Assembly: GCF_021869535.1 (NCBI RefSeq)
Contig: NW_026262723.1
Coordinates: 51,770,001 to 51,834,000 of the forward strand
Reading direction: 5' to 3'
Source: Mytilus californianus
Taxonomy: Eukaryota
Length of the DNA: 64,000 bases
This document shows positions 22,316 to 34,893 of the stretch, in pieces. How positions within the stretch are numbered: the first letter of the stretch is position 1; each line of letters opens with the position of its first letter. The position numbers and the translations under genes are program-made. The notes under the pieces are model-generated. The model had not been told where the DNA came from, made no database searches, and was given only the letters and a program-made list of their open reading frames with translations.

Positions 22316-23188
22316 TTATTACTTATCTTGGTTTAACTTGAACAGGAATGCTATAAGTCGAAATTTTTGAAAGCCAAAAGTAGTTTGACCACAAAAAGGT
22401 TCACTAAAATAATGTCCAAAAACCCTCCTGGATCACCTCCAAAGTATGAATCATCAAAGTAATTGCATGTGCTGTTACTTTATTTTACTATTTCAGATTT
22501 TAAAAGACAGTGAAAATCAAATTTGCAGAGGCAGTCACTTATCTTACTCATCAGTTTACAGTAGAACACAACAAAAAAACTAGTGGACTTGAGAATAAAA
22601 TTAGATTTTAACTGAAACCTAATGGGAATTTATTGGAAATACTATTTAAAAGGTGCGAACAATCCATTAGTCCAAGAGTATCGTCAATCTATTAAAAAAC
22701 AATAATAAACAGCTATATATACTTACATTTAAGTAATACATTGCATACTGTTGATGATCTCACTAACTATCTTAATTTTCTAGGAATTAATTCAGTAACA
22801 CTATTCTTAGTAATGCATACATTAAAAAATCACATACACTATTTTAATTAGCTCTGTTGTCCATCCCTAAAGAAAGTAATTATCATTATTATAGCAAACA
22901 TATGGCCAATGTCTTTTGTCTGTCCCTGTCGGTTAACTTTCACAGTTGTTTATCCTTTCCCTAGAAACTTGGCAGGATTAAATTTTGTTTGAAGAGTTCT
23001 TTAAAAAAGTGGTAAGTTAGACAAAATTAATTCTGAATAGTGGATTATTTTATTTTCACTGAAACTACAAGGCTAAAACTTTTTACATTATGAGAGCAAT
23101 TATTAAGGGACTCTCATGCCAGTCTTTTGGCATGTAAGATGACTTTTGTGCTATAAAGTTGCGAAGTGAAACTGTTTAATGTTTTACC

Positions 23189-25014
23189 TTTTTAGCTCAC
23201 CTGGCCCGAAGGGCCAAGTGAGCTTTTCTCATCACTTGGTGTCCGTCGTCCGTCGTCCGGCGTCGTCCACTGAATGGAATGAAACCAAACATGGCATGAA
23301 TGTTCCTTATGAGGTGCTGACCAAGTGTTGTTACTTTGTAGCCGATCCATCATCCAAGATGGCCGCGAGCGGGGGACTTAGTTTAACATAGGACCCTATG
23401 GGAAATGCATACAAATGACTTCTTTTAGAGAACCACTGAATGGAATAAAACCAAACATGGCATGAATGTTCCTTATGAGGTGCTGACCATGTGTTGTTAC
23501 TTTGTAGCCGATCCATCATCCAAGATGGCCGCCATCGGGGAACTTAGTTTAACATAGGACCCTATGGGAAATACATACAAATGACTTCTTTTAGAGAACC
23601 ACTGAATGGAATGAAACCAAACATGGCATGAATGTTCCTTATGAGGTGCTGACCAAGTGTTGTTACTTTGTAGCCGATCCATCATCCAAATGGCTGCCAG
23701 CGGGGGACTTAGTTTAACATAGGACCCTATGGGAAATACATAAAAATGTCTTCTTTTAGAGAACCACTGAATGGAATGGAACCAAACATGGCATGAATGT
23801 TCCTTATGAGATGCTGACCAAGTGTTGTTACTTTGCAGTCGGTCCATCATCCAAAATGGCCGCCAGTGGGGGACTTAGTTTAACATAGGACCCTATGGGA
23901 AATACATACAAATGTCTTCTTTTAGAGAACCACTGAATGGAATGAAACCAAACATGGCATGAATGTTCCTAATGAGGTTCTGACCAAGTGTTGTTACTTT
24001 GTAGCCGATCCATCATCCAAGATGGCCGCCAGCGGGGGACTTAGTTTAACATAGGACCCAATGGGAAATACATACAAATGTCTTCTTTTAGAGAACCACA
24101 GAATGGAATGAAACCAAACATGGCATGAATGTTCCTTATGAGGTGCTGACCAAGTGTTGTTACTTTGCAGTCGGTCCATCATCCAAGATGGCCGACAGCA
24201 GGGGACTTAGTTTAACAAAGGACCTATGGGAAATACATACAAATGTCTTCTTTTAGAGAACCACTGAATGGAATGAAACCAAACATGGCATGAATCTTCC
24301 TTATGAGATGCTGACCAAGTGTTGTTACTTTGTAGCCGATCCATCATCCAAGATGGCCGTCAGCGGGGGACTTAGTTTTACATAGGACCCTTTGGGAAAT
24401 ACATAAAAATGTTTTCTTTTAGAGAACCAATAAATGGAATGGAACCAAACATGGCATGAATGTTCCTTATGAGATGTTGACCAAGTGTTGTTACTTTGCA
24501 GCCGATCCATCATCCAAGATGGCCGACAGCGGGGGACTTAGTTTAACATAGGACCCTATGGGAAATACATACAATTGTCTTCTTTTAGAGAACCACTGAA
24601 TGGAATTGAACCAAACATGGCATGAATGTTCCTTATGAGTTGCTGACCAAGTGTTGTTACTTTGCAGTCGATCCATCATCCAAGATGGCCGCTAGGGGGG
24701 GGGGGGGGGGGGGGGGGCTTAGTTTAACATAGCACCCTATGGGAAATACATACAAATGTCTTCTTTTAGAGTACCACTGAATGGAATGAAACCAAACATG
24801 GCATGAATGTTCCTTATGAAGTGCTGACCAAGTGCCGATTTACTGTTCAAGATGGCCACCAGGATATTTTATTAAATAACGGGACCAATATTAATCAAAA
24901 TTTGGCCTCAATCATTATTTGGGTATCTGTTATGATTTTTATCTATCTTTACATGATTTCTAAAACCAAAGTAGAGTCAGGTGAGAGACACAGGCTCTTG
25001 AGAGCCTCTAGTTT
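23189..25014 (+). mobile_element. Complete Helentron-like element (HINE) containing a 166-bp satellite-like array
   Basis: Sub-TIR CTCACCTG/CAGGTGAG, 5' hairpin GGCCCGAAGGGCC, (GTCC/GTC)n, and 3' palindrome AGGCTCTTGAGAGCCT followed by CTAGTTT. Confidence 0.9.
23267..24834. repeat. 166-bp tandem array, ~9.4 copies
   Basis: The CCACTGAATGGAATGAAACCAAACATGGCATG unit recurs at 165-166 bp spacing. It explains the repeated MMDRLQSNN ORFs. Confidence 0.95.
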
Positions 25015-25359
25015 ATTAAACTTTTTGGCTTAAATTTCAACCAAAGGAAGCACAATGTTGCTTATGGGGTATACATCTCTAAGTTGTGAAGTTATTCCAG
25101 AGGTTGATGTTTTTTAACTCAGAGTTCTTAAAGAATAAGTTGAAGTTGAGTCTTTGTTGACTGCCAAGTAAATCTGTATTACAGATGATTACAAATATCT
25201 TCATATGTATTATCCACAATTCCATTCTCCTTCCCTTTCCAGCTATGTGACTATCATAAAATGGATAACATTGAGAACTGAGATTTTGACTGATACATGT
25301 AAGATTTACCAATATACCTGATTAATTTAATGATTTTTGTGCAGTATGATGTCAATAGC

Positions 25360-25485
25360 CCAAGTAAACAATATACATAAGCCAAAAGAACAATGATACA
25401 TAAGCCAAGTGAGCAATGATACATAAGCCAAGTGAGCAATGATACATAAGCCAAGTGAGCAATATTACATAAGCCAGGTGAGCAC
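25360..25485. repeat. 23-bp minisatellite (CAATGATACATAAGCCAAGTGAG) x~4.5
   Basis: Direct inspection. Confidence 0.85.
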
Positions 25486-26224
25486 AATGTTCTTGATTTT
25501 GGTGATTTTCAACATAACCATAGAATTTGAATAAGTTTTTTTTTTTAATTTATTTCATAGATTAATATGTATTGCTTAACTTGAATTGCTGAACTTTTAT
25601 AAAACTGTAAATTCAGAAATGGTTGTGATGTTTTTTATTATTTCGGAAAAAGTTAGTGGATGGGATTTGCAAAAATAAAACCTCGCATTCAAAATTTGAA
25701 AGCTATAGTTTTATACAGCATTAATTACGGTATCTGAATTCACAGTTTGTGTGCATTGTTCAACAAATTTTATAATAGATGCATACAAAAAATCTGAATC
25801 TACAGTATTTCCATTTCTTTTGCACAGCTCATAACTTAATTTGCTTTAATGTGCTTGTTGATTTACTTTCATCATATCAAGGGAACATGTGGAAGAAAAT
25901 TCCCCCCTCCCCCCCGTAGGGTCAGAACCAAATTCAAGTAGTCTATAACTTGTATTGAAATAAAGAATTTATTGAACATATCCTTGCATATCTTTACAAA
26001 CAAATCAATTCTGATTACCAGTGGAACAGAAACTGACATACTGTTAGACATATTGAAATCAATTCCTGTTACATACATTTGTCTTTTGAATCATCCGAGA
26101 TATCATGTGATTCTGTATAATTGATGAAGTTTTCATTGGAAGATGTTATGTTTTGTAAAAGTGCATGATATGTGTCAATGATTAACTGCCCAAGGTCATT
26201 GCTTTTATTTATATTTTTTTTCAG

Positions 26225-26313
26225 ACCAGTTGAAGATTGATCAGCCTGAAAGTGAAGAAGAATTAATATTTGATGGTACAGTTCAGGACATCCTATACTA
26301 TGCAGTAGATTAG
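26225..26313 (+). other. Candidate terminal coding exon
   Basis: Strong polypyrimidine tract and CAG acceptor at 26224. It reads (D)QLKIDQPESEEELIFDGTVQDILYYAVD*. No upstream partner was established. Confidence 0.25.
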
Positions 26314-26886
26314 TAATGTAAACAAGATTTTGGAAATTTCTTTTGGTTTATAATCCATAAACAATTTTAAGCATTCAGTTAGAAATGAAGTTAATTAAGG
26401 GGTCATGTCATCGAGTTTCAAGCTGCCTTTTCAAAATCCAATGAGTTGATGGAATTGATTTACTGTGACTTGACTGTAAGTGTTGCTTTCCACCTATTGC
26501 AGTTAATTCAAACTTCTGATCAAATCGCAATTTGTTTTATCAAACCAAACTGTTCAACTGGACAGAAAGTTTTAACAAACTGCTGTAGAACACCACAGTC
26601 AAGACGTGAAAGTGCAAGGTGATAAAATAAAGCATACTTACAATCCTATTAGACTTTAAATCCACTTTATTGTTTATTATGAAATTGTTTATAAGAATTT
26701 GTATACATTCTTTATTGTAATTTTCATCCAAAAGGTGTTAGGCAGTATTTTTTTAACAAATTGCATTTTGGTCAGAATTTTGAATAAACTGCAATAGGTG
26801 TAGAGCAACACTTACAGTCAAGTCACAGTAATACAACATTTTATTGTTTTAAAATATCCTAAAGTACAGAAACAATTATTATTCAT

Positions 26887-27055
26887 TTTAGCTCATCTCG
26901 TCAAAAGGGCCAGGCTAGCTAATCTCATCACTTGGCGTTGTCTGTTGTCATCAGTTGACTTTTACAAAAATCATCTTCTCTGAAACTTCTGTGCCAATTG
27001 AAACTTAACTTAGTCACAACCATCATTGGGCTATTTAGTTTTTTAAATGTGTCTC
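26887..27055 (+). mobile_element. Decayed HINE 5' portion
   Basis: TTTTAGCTCATCT...CTCATCACTTGGCG...ACTTTTACAAAAATC, same family as 23189 and 50813. Confidence 0.55.
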
Positions 27056-27974
27056 ATTCCCCCCCTGCCAGCAAGACAGGATCAAAGAATAAGTCAACAT
27101 GGTCGAAATTGCCCTTAAATGAGGATTTTTGTCTGGCTTCGACAAAGTAAAATAAGCGAGACTTAGGTGTGCTGTTGCCAGTGTAGGCAGCGCTGTAAAC
27201 AATGAATTTGTTTGTGATTAAGTTAGTTTTATGGGGAACCACTAGTGGTAGATCAGTAATATATAGTATGCTGTTGTATTAGCATTGGCACATCTCATTC
27301 CCATTGAGATAATTGGTCCCACCCCCTCAGTCATTGTCTATTGACTTTGAAACTTTTGCTTACTTTACATGTATTAGTTTGTGATTAGGTCAATAGTTTA
27401 TTACCAACTTATTTGTATTTTTGCTTATTATCTTGAAAACTATAATAGATAGATAGAACGTTAAATTGCAAAAATGATCAGTAAGACAAGTCTTCTAATA
27501 GCTTAACTAGTCAGAAAGATTTGGTCAACTCCTCATATTAGTATGGTAGTTGTTCCTAAGTGACACTAAAAGAAGGAAAAAATTATCAGCAGGACAAGAT
27601 CTTTAAATTTTCTAATATGTTTTAATTGGTCAACTCATAATGTGGGTTATTGCTCCTAAATGAAGATTTTTAACTTTTTTTTTTGCATTTTTGCCTAAAC
27701 TACAGTAGTTAAAGAAAAACTGTACACAACAAAAATTATAAGCAAGACAAGGTCTACAAATATATCAACATGGCTGAAACTGTCAGTCAACTCCTTATAA
27801 TATGATAGGATAAAATTAAATTGATATATAATATGATAGACTGCCAATAATTATATATTTATATATCTTCAAAATCATATCAGAGGTAAATTATTGATGA
27901 ATGTCAAAGGATACAGGTTAAAGTATTAGACAAAAACCTATACTGATCATAATGTTAGGTTTGAGTACTGCATC

Positions 27975-28088
27975 TCATCACTGGTAAGCTAGCGTCACAC
28001 TGCTATCAGATGTCATCACTGGTAAGCTAGCGTCACACTGCTATCAGATGTCATCACTGGTAAGCTAGCGTCACACTGCTATCAGATG
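27975..28088. repeat. Three perfect 38-bp tandem copies
   Basis: TCATCACTGGTAAGCTAGCGTCACACTGCTATCAGATG x3. Confidence 0.95.
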
Positions 28089-30066
28089 AATAACAGCAAT
28101 AAAAGTTTTGTTTGTTTGATATACAGTTATTTTTTGTATGATTCCATTGATGTTGTTTTGTACATCCATCCAATATTCAGTTTAAACTATACAAATATAT
28201 CCAGTCTGTATTTTCTTTTTTTATTATTTAACAAGAGTCAATGGAAGAAAATAGACAAATTAGAGATACATACATACCATAAAGAATATTCATTGACTAA
28301 AATAGTGATATTCAAAATCAACATGAAATGTTTATTGATTCAATAATAAACAAAAAAATCCAAAAAAAAATAAAGTAGTTATGCAATGTGTAGCACATTA
28401 TATTTTGTCCAAAGTATAATGTTTTTAGTTCAGATAATTGTCTAGATTGGACATTTATAATTTATGACCAGAAAGCTTTCAAGATCAGAATATTAGACTA
28501 TTTTAATATTCCCTGATGGATTTTGAACTGGAATGGTTAATTTTACTATGTCATAAACAATTAAGCTTAATATTTCAAATTCCTTTCATTTTGATTATTT
28601 TAGCATGCAGTGAAAGAAGATTTAGCATAGAACAACCAAGAATTTAATTTGTCAGAAGATAAGTCAAAGACACAACAGACACAAGGTAAATAACTCAGAG
28701 TACAAAATCTCTGTTTACTATAGTATATCCTGACAACCTTAGAATTATAAACCAGGAGGTTAAACAAAGTTTTTATGCCCCTGCCATGGCAGAGGGGGCA
28801 TTAGGTGTTACTTCTAAATTTATTTTTTCTAAACTGAAAAGAACCTCCCACCTCTCAAACACTCCTTGAAAATAAAAAAATCTGATACCAAAAAGATAAT
28901 TTTAGAATAAATCTGTTACATATGATTTTTTATGCTATGCTATTTAAATATATATAACCTGCTTGATTGTATAGATGTGTACAAAGGAAATCATCTCTGT
29001 ATTTACCAGTGTTTTCACAACAATAAATCAAGTGTAAATTATACACATATTAACAATGGTTAGTCACTATTGCATTGAATTGTGAAACTTTGTATCAAAG
29101 ATCTTTACTACTGTGATATTACAAGATAATATTCTTTTATCCTCAAATGATATACATTGTAGTAGGAGTTGTTTCATAAAAGTATTTCTTTGATAAAAGC
29201 TTAGTGGGTAGATGTATGGTGGATGCTACTGGTTTTGTTATGAAAATACTCAACTAGAGGTTGAAACTAGCACAATTTTATCAAGGTCCAGGCCTCAAAA
29301 TTTGGAGTACAATTATCATACTCAGACTCAGAATTCAAATAATCAAAATACTTGATTTGGTGTTTTGAGCACAAATTTTGTACTGGAATAACTGAGTAAA
29401 GTGTTATGACTGCAGTCTCAGGACTTGAAATAAAATTCAAGAAAGATTCTAGTTTATTTGTTTGTTTGTGTATAACACCACTTACAGATTCCTTAGCTAT
29501 TTCATGGCAACCAGTTTATTTTTGTCATTTTGTTGTGGATGCAAGACATAGCGCTCCTTCATTCCATCTTCAGCTTCAGCAAACATTTAAGTTCAGTCTG
29601 TGGTTAAATTTTTGTAGTTATCAATAACTTTGTCAAACCTGCATGAAATTTTATGGAACTTGATCAGAAACTTTTTTGTTATTAAGAAATAATGTCCAAA
29701 TCCAAATTTTGAAAATATATTTTTCAGTTTTCAATTTTTTACTGATAAGTAGACTTCTTTTTTCTTGGCAATTAACATTAACATAGTCTCAGACTACATT
29801 TTTTGAACATCAATAAATTTGTTAAACCTTTTAATGGCATGTTTTCAAACTTTGAAATAAGCTTCTTCAAAATTTCAAGAAAAAGCACCTGAAGAAAAAA
29901 GTTCAATTTAAAAATTTTGTTTTCCTGTAATTTACTGATAAATGGACTTACTTTTTGGTGACCAACAAAGTTCAACTTTACACTTTTACACAGAAGCAAT
30001 CACAGGTGAGATACAGGGTCCTGCAGAACCCTTTACAAATTTTTGATTTAGGAATTGGACCTCTGG

Positions 30067-30175
30067 CAGGAAAACCATCAATCCTTGTCAATTAAGATCG
30101 GAGTAAACACCTCACCATGACCAGGGTTCAAAAGCCTCAAGGTTCACAACCTCAAAATTGACAGGCTGGATTAGG
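30067..30175 (-). mobile_element. Highly decayed copy of the 10862-11080 SINE
   Basis: AGGAAAAC...AATCCT..TCAATTAAGAT.GGAGT...GGGTTC...TCACAACCTCA aligns with ~10960-11050. Confidence 0.5.
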
Positions 30176-30390
30176 CAGTTTCAAGAGAAATTCTGCCAGG
30201 CCTTGTGCCTATCATTATGAAATGTAATGAATTTAAAATATTTTGAATATTGCATTTATGATTGTGGAGTTCTATTTGCCTATATAATTAACTTCTGGGA
30301 AACATTTTGGCAGGAAATCTTTCAGAGTTGAAGAAAAACATATTTGCATTTGAACCTGAAAATGTAAATAGTTTTCAGACTTTTGATTTC

Positions 30391-31093
30391 TTTTTGTCCA
30401 CCGCGCAACGTGTTGCGGGGGACATAGAAATACAGGGCGCCCGTTTGTGCATATGTCCATCGGGTCTTGTTAGCGCTCTCACGTGTACACTTCTTGCCAG
30501 ATTTTTACGAAACTTATATCATAGGTTTATATCAGCAATGTCTTGGAAGAGTTCCAAAATCAGTGCTGATCATTTATTTTTAAAAGAGTAATGCCCCTTG
30601 GAAACATTAATTATATGGAAAATTGCATCGTTAGCGCTCTCATTTGTTCAATTCTAGCCAGATTTTTATGAAACTTATAAGATTATATCAGCAATGACTT
30701 GGAAGAGTTCGAAAATCATGGCCGATCAATTATTTTTTTAAAAGTTATACCCCTTGGAAACATTAATATGGAAAATTGCATTGATAGCTCTCTCATTTGT
30801 TCAGTTCTTGTCAGAATTTTATGAAACGTATAGAATAGGTTTATATCAGCAATGTCTTTGACACTTTCGAAAATAAGTTCTGATCAAATATTTTTAACAA
30901 GTTATGCCCCTTGGAAATATTAATTATAATGGAAATCACATTGCATTTGCTCTGAAGCCTTCAATTCTCTAAAATATTAATAAAAAGTCTTATAGAACCA
31001 AAAAAAAAAAAAACTGCTTTTTTTAGTTATTGCTCTTGTACCTTGAATAGATAACATATGTGCAAAAGGGGGACATTGGAACTCTGTTCTTTT
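30391..31093 (+). mobile_element. HINE with three ~158-bp internal units
   Basis: 5' hairpin CCGCGCAACGTGTTGCGG, sub-TIR TGTCC/GGACA, units GTTAGCGCTCTC... and 3' end GGACATTGGAACTCTGTTCTTTT. Confidence 0.75.
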
Positions 31094-33911
31094 ATTCAAA
31101 TAGATTTCATCAGAAAATTGTTAAAAGAATCAGATCTGTCCTATTTTCATGTCCTTGCCAAGTTGTCCCTTGAGTGACCAAGTTGTGATTATGATATTTA
31201 TAGTGGAAAACAAGTATATTATATTCTGAATATATTTAGATGGAAATTGCATGCAAAATTTTGATACGGGTATGATTTATAATGGTTTATAATAAAAAAT
31301 TTATCCCATTAGAAATTATACAAAGACTTAGAGAAGTATTATATGAAACCTGTAAAATATGTATTCCAGTGAAAAAATGCTTAAATGGAAGTTAAAACCT
31401 TGCCAATATATGATTTTTAATCAAACTTCTAAATGTCACCTGAACTGATCTAAACCAAGAGAATCGTGCCTTCAAAATGTTTAAAACAAGTTTTATTTTA
31501 GGAAATAGATTTCCTGTTTAAAAATTGGAGCAGATATTGGCCAAAAATCTGTCACGGAATAAATGTATAAACATTTTTTAAGTAAAGAAAACCTTTTAAA
31601 AATTACTTCAGAATAAAAATGTCATATCTAGTAATTCTATACATAAATAGCAAACACCTTCATGATGTCAAATGTGACCTTAAAAAGTATAGAAGAGTAA
31701 TTATTTTATAAAGTACATACATGTGTAGTCTATTTAATTTATGAATGGAACCACCTAATCTCCTTTTCAATCTATTACCGATGACAAACACCAATGAATA
31801 CAAACATTTATGAGGTTTACTTACCTGTAAATAGTTGTGGTCAGATTATACAAAATCTCTCCAAAGACAATTTGTCTATGATAATCCTATAACAGGTGTT
31901 CATGTGAAATTCTCATACAAAGCTTAGTGGACCTTTGTTTCATGGAATAATGTTTTTTTGTGAAGGATTTATATTGTTAAAGAAATGACCAGGTACCTTA
32001 AATATGTAAATATATGTATGTCAGAAGATAGAAGCTTTTATTTTATGTTGGTCATCAGTGTAATTTTTGTGATGCTGATTTCAAAGTTCCTGTAAAAACT
32101 TAAGACAGTAAAATTTTATAAAGACATGCTCATATGAGTTTGAGAAACTTATACACTCTTCAGGTGACATTATTGTAGGAAGAGATTGGATTGAGAGAAT
32201 TTGAAATTTAGAATGAGAACTTGGGAGTACATGTAAAAGGATGTAAATGAATAAGGATACTATGTCGAACCAATGATAATTGATTATCAACATGAGGGAA
32301 ACCATATGCCTGGCCAGCACCTTTTATTAAAGCATAATCAGGTTTTTCTGCAGAACTGAAAAAATTTGAATTTTGTATATGGAAATTGGATAATGTATAT
32401 TTCTAATTTAGCTTAAAGCTTTCAACATCTTAAATCATTATAATTTTAGAAAACAAGAATTCAAACTTTCAATTAAAAAATTCAGTTCCTCCACTGTTCT
32501 AAATATGGGAGGTTATACTGAATATGAATAAAAGAAGACATTAGGAGGTAAAGCATGCAGTCTTATATATATAGTTGATATTCATTGTTTATGCATTTTC
32601 CATTTGCTAAGCACTGGTATTTTACATATATGTAATTTTTGTTACCTTCATTTCAACTACAAATCACATCATTGATCTTTAAAGCATACCATGAGATGTA
32701 TTTTTTGAAATATTCCCTGGGGTATTTCATGTTTGCCAGATTATCTTTCAAATAACAGGAGCAATAGAAATATGTAATTCTCACAGCATGCATCTAGTTT
32801 AAGCAAGATTTTAAGATGCAGGCAAAAATAATAATTCCAATAATGACATTCAATTTTTTAAAGTTCTGTGGTCAATTTGTTAACCTAAACAGTAAATTTC
32901 TAAGGTTAAATGATATGGAAAAGAAGAGATATGGTGACACAATAATCCCAACACGAACTTGAAAGAAACCAAAAGCATAGGATCATGTACATCATATCAA
33001 AGTCACAATGATGCCTTAAACACAGCAAAAGCTCACAGCCCACTGCAGTTGAAGACAGCCTCTAGCATATTTTCTTTACAAGAAGCAGAAAGGGGTCTAA
33101 AATTGGAAAAGTAAAACAAATGTTGTTGTTTGTTATTGATGATAGTAAACCATAACTTAATATAGAAAAATTCTAAATCAAGTCAAAATTATTAGGATTA
33201 CAAGAGAAAACAATAACTCTGTTATCAGTGCGTTAAGTTTTTTTGACCATACACTATAAGTATGTCACAATATATAGTATAATTTATATAATATACATTT
33301 TAGAGATCATTATGGTATTATAAAACTGTTATGTTTCGTAATAAAAGTGACAAACTCATAAAGTTCTCAATCAAATTCCACTGGAACTGATCAATATATG
33401 TGATCATGCACATACTTATATTTATACCTTTAGGGGGGAGACTAAAATACTATATGGTTAGAATAGAAAAGCAAGTAACTTTTCAGTGATGGGTCCAGGA
33501 TATTCTATTAGGGCGCCCTTAGAGACCCATTGAGAAAAGGAGTAAAAAATCAGCAAAGTGAACTAAAAACAAATTTTGGGCCAAAAAATGGTGAAAGTGT
33601 TTTTTTAGGTAATGTTTTGTAAATAAGTGGAAACAGGATACAAGACATTCTAAGTTTCAATTCCATATAATGCTTTCTGGAAGGTAAAGTAATTCCAACT
33701 AAATAAAAAAAGGGTCTTATAAGAAAATATGATACATCTGTAAATAAGAGGGAGAATATAATAAGGTAGTATTCCTCAGAGCATGTTGAAAATAGGTGAA
33801 CATTACACAAAGATGATATCTATAACCACTGTATGAGAAAAGAATGAAATTCCTAAAAGAGATTATTTCTCTAATTAAAATGAGGGTAAAAAATATGTGA
33901 AAAAATAAAAA

Positions 33912-34893
33912 GTAGAAGAATAGGGACAAGATACGTAGGATAATAGAGACAGACAAGTAGGAAAATAGGGACAAGATAAGTAGGAGAATAGGGACTAGAT
34001 AAGTAGGAGAATAGGGACAAGATACGTAGGAGAATAGGGACAGATAAGTAGGAAAATAGGGACAGATAAGTAGGAGAATAGGGACAGATAAGTAGGAGAA
34101 TAGGGACAGATAAGTAGGAGAATAGGGGCAGATAAATAGGAGAATAGGGACAGATAAGTAGGAGAATAGTGACAGATTAGTAGGAGAAGAGGGACAGATA
34201 AGTAGGAGAATAGGGACAAGATACGTAGGATAATAGAGACAGACAAGTAGGAAAATAGGGACAAGATAAGTAGGAGAATAGGGACAGATAAGTAGGAGAA
34301 GAGGGACAGATAAGTAGGAGAATAGGGACAAGATACGTAGGATAATAGAGACAGACAAGTAGGAAAATAGGGACAAGATAAGTAGGAGAATAGTGACAGA
34401 TAAGTAGGAGAAGAGGGACAGATAAGTAGGAGAATAGGGACAAGATACGTAGGATAATAGAGACAGACAAGTAGGAAAATAGGGGCAAGATAAGTAGGAA
34501 AATAGGGACAGATAAGTAGGAGAATAGGGACAGATAAGTAGGTGAATAGGGACAGATAAATAGGAGAATAGGGACAGATAAGTAGGAGAATAGGGACAAG
34601 ATAAGTAGGATAATAGAGACAAGATACATAGGAGAATAGGGACAAGATAAGTAGGAGAATAGGGACAGATAAGTAGGAGAATAGGGACAGATAAGTAGGA
34701 GAATAGGGACAAGATAAGTAGGAGAATAGGGACAGATAAGTAGGAGAATAGGGACAAGATACATAGGAGAATAGGGACAAGATACGTAGGAGAATAGGGA
34801 CAAATAAGTAGAAGAATAGGGACAAGATAAGTAGGAGAATAGGGACAAGATACGTAGGAGAATAGGGACAAATAAGTAGAAGAAGGACAAGAT
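33912..34893. repeat. Purine-rich 22/23-bp minisatellite with a 112-bp higher-order repeat
   Basis: Unit TAGGGACA(A)GATAAGTAGGAGAA, roughly 44 copies. Diagnostic variants recur at 34186/34298/34410 and ~34220/34332/34444. Confidence 0.95.

Noticed and set aside
23179-25033. Repeated MMDRLQSNN... and MNVPYEVL... ORFs
   Set aside because: They arise from the 166-bp array inside a non-autonomous element.
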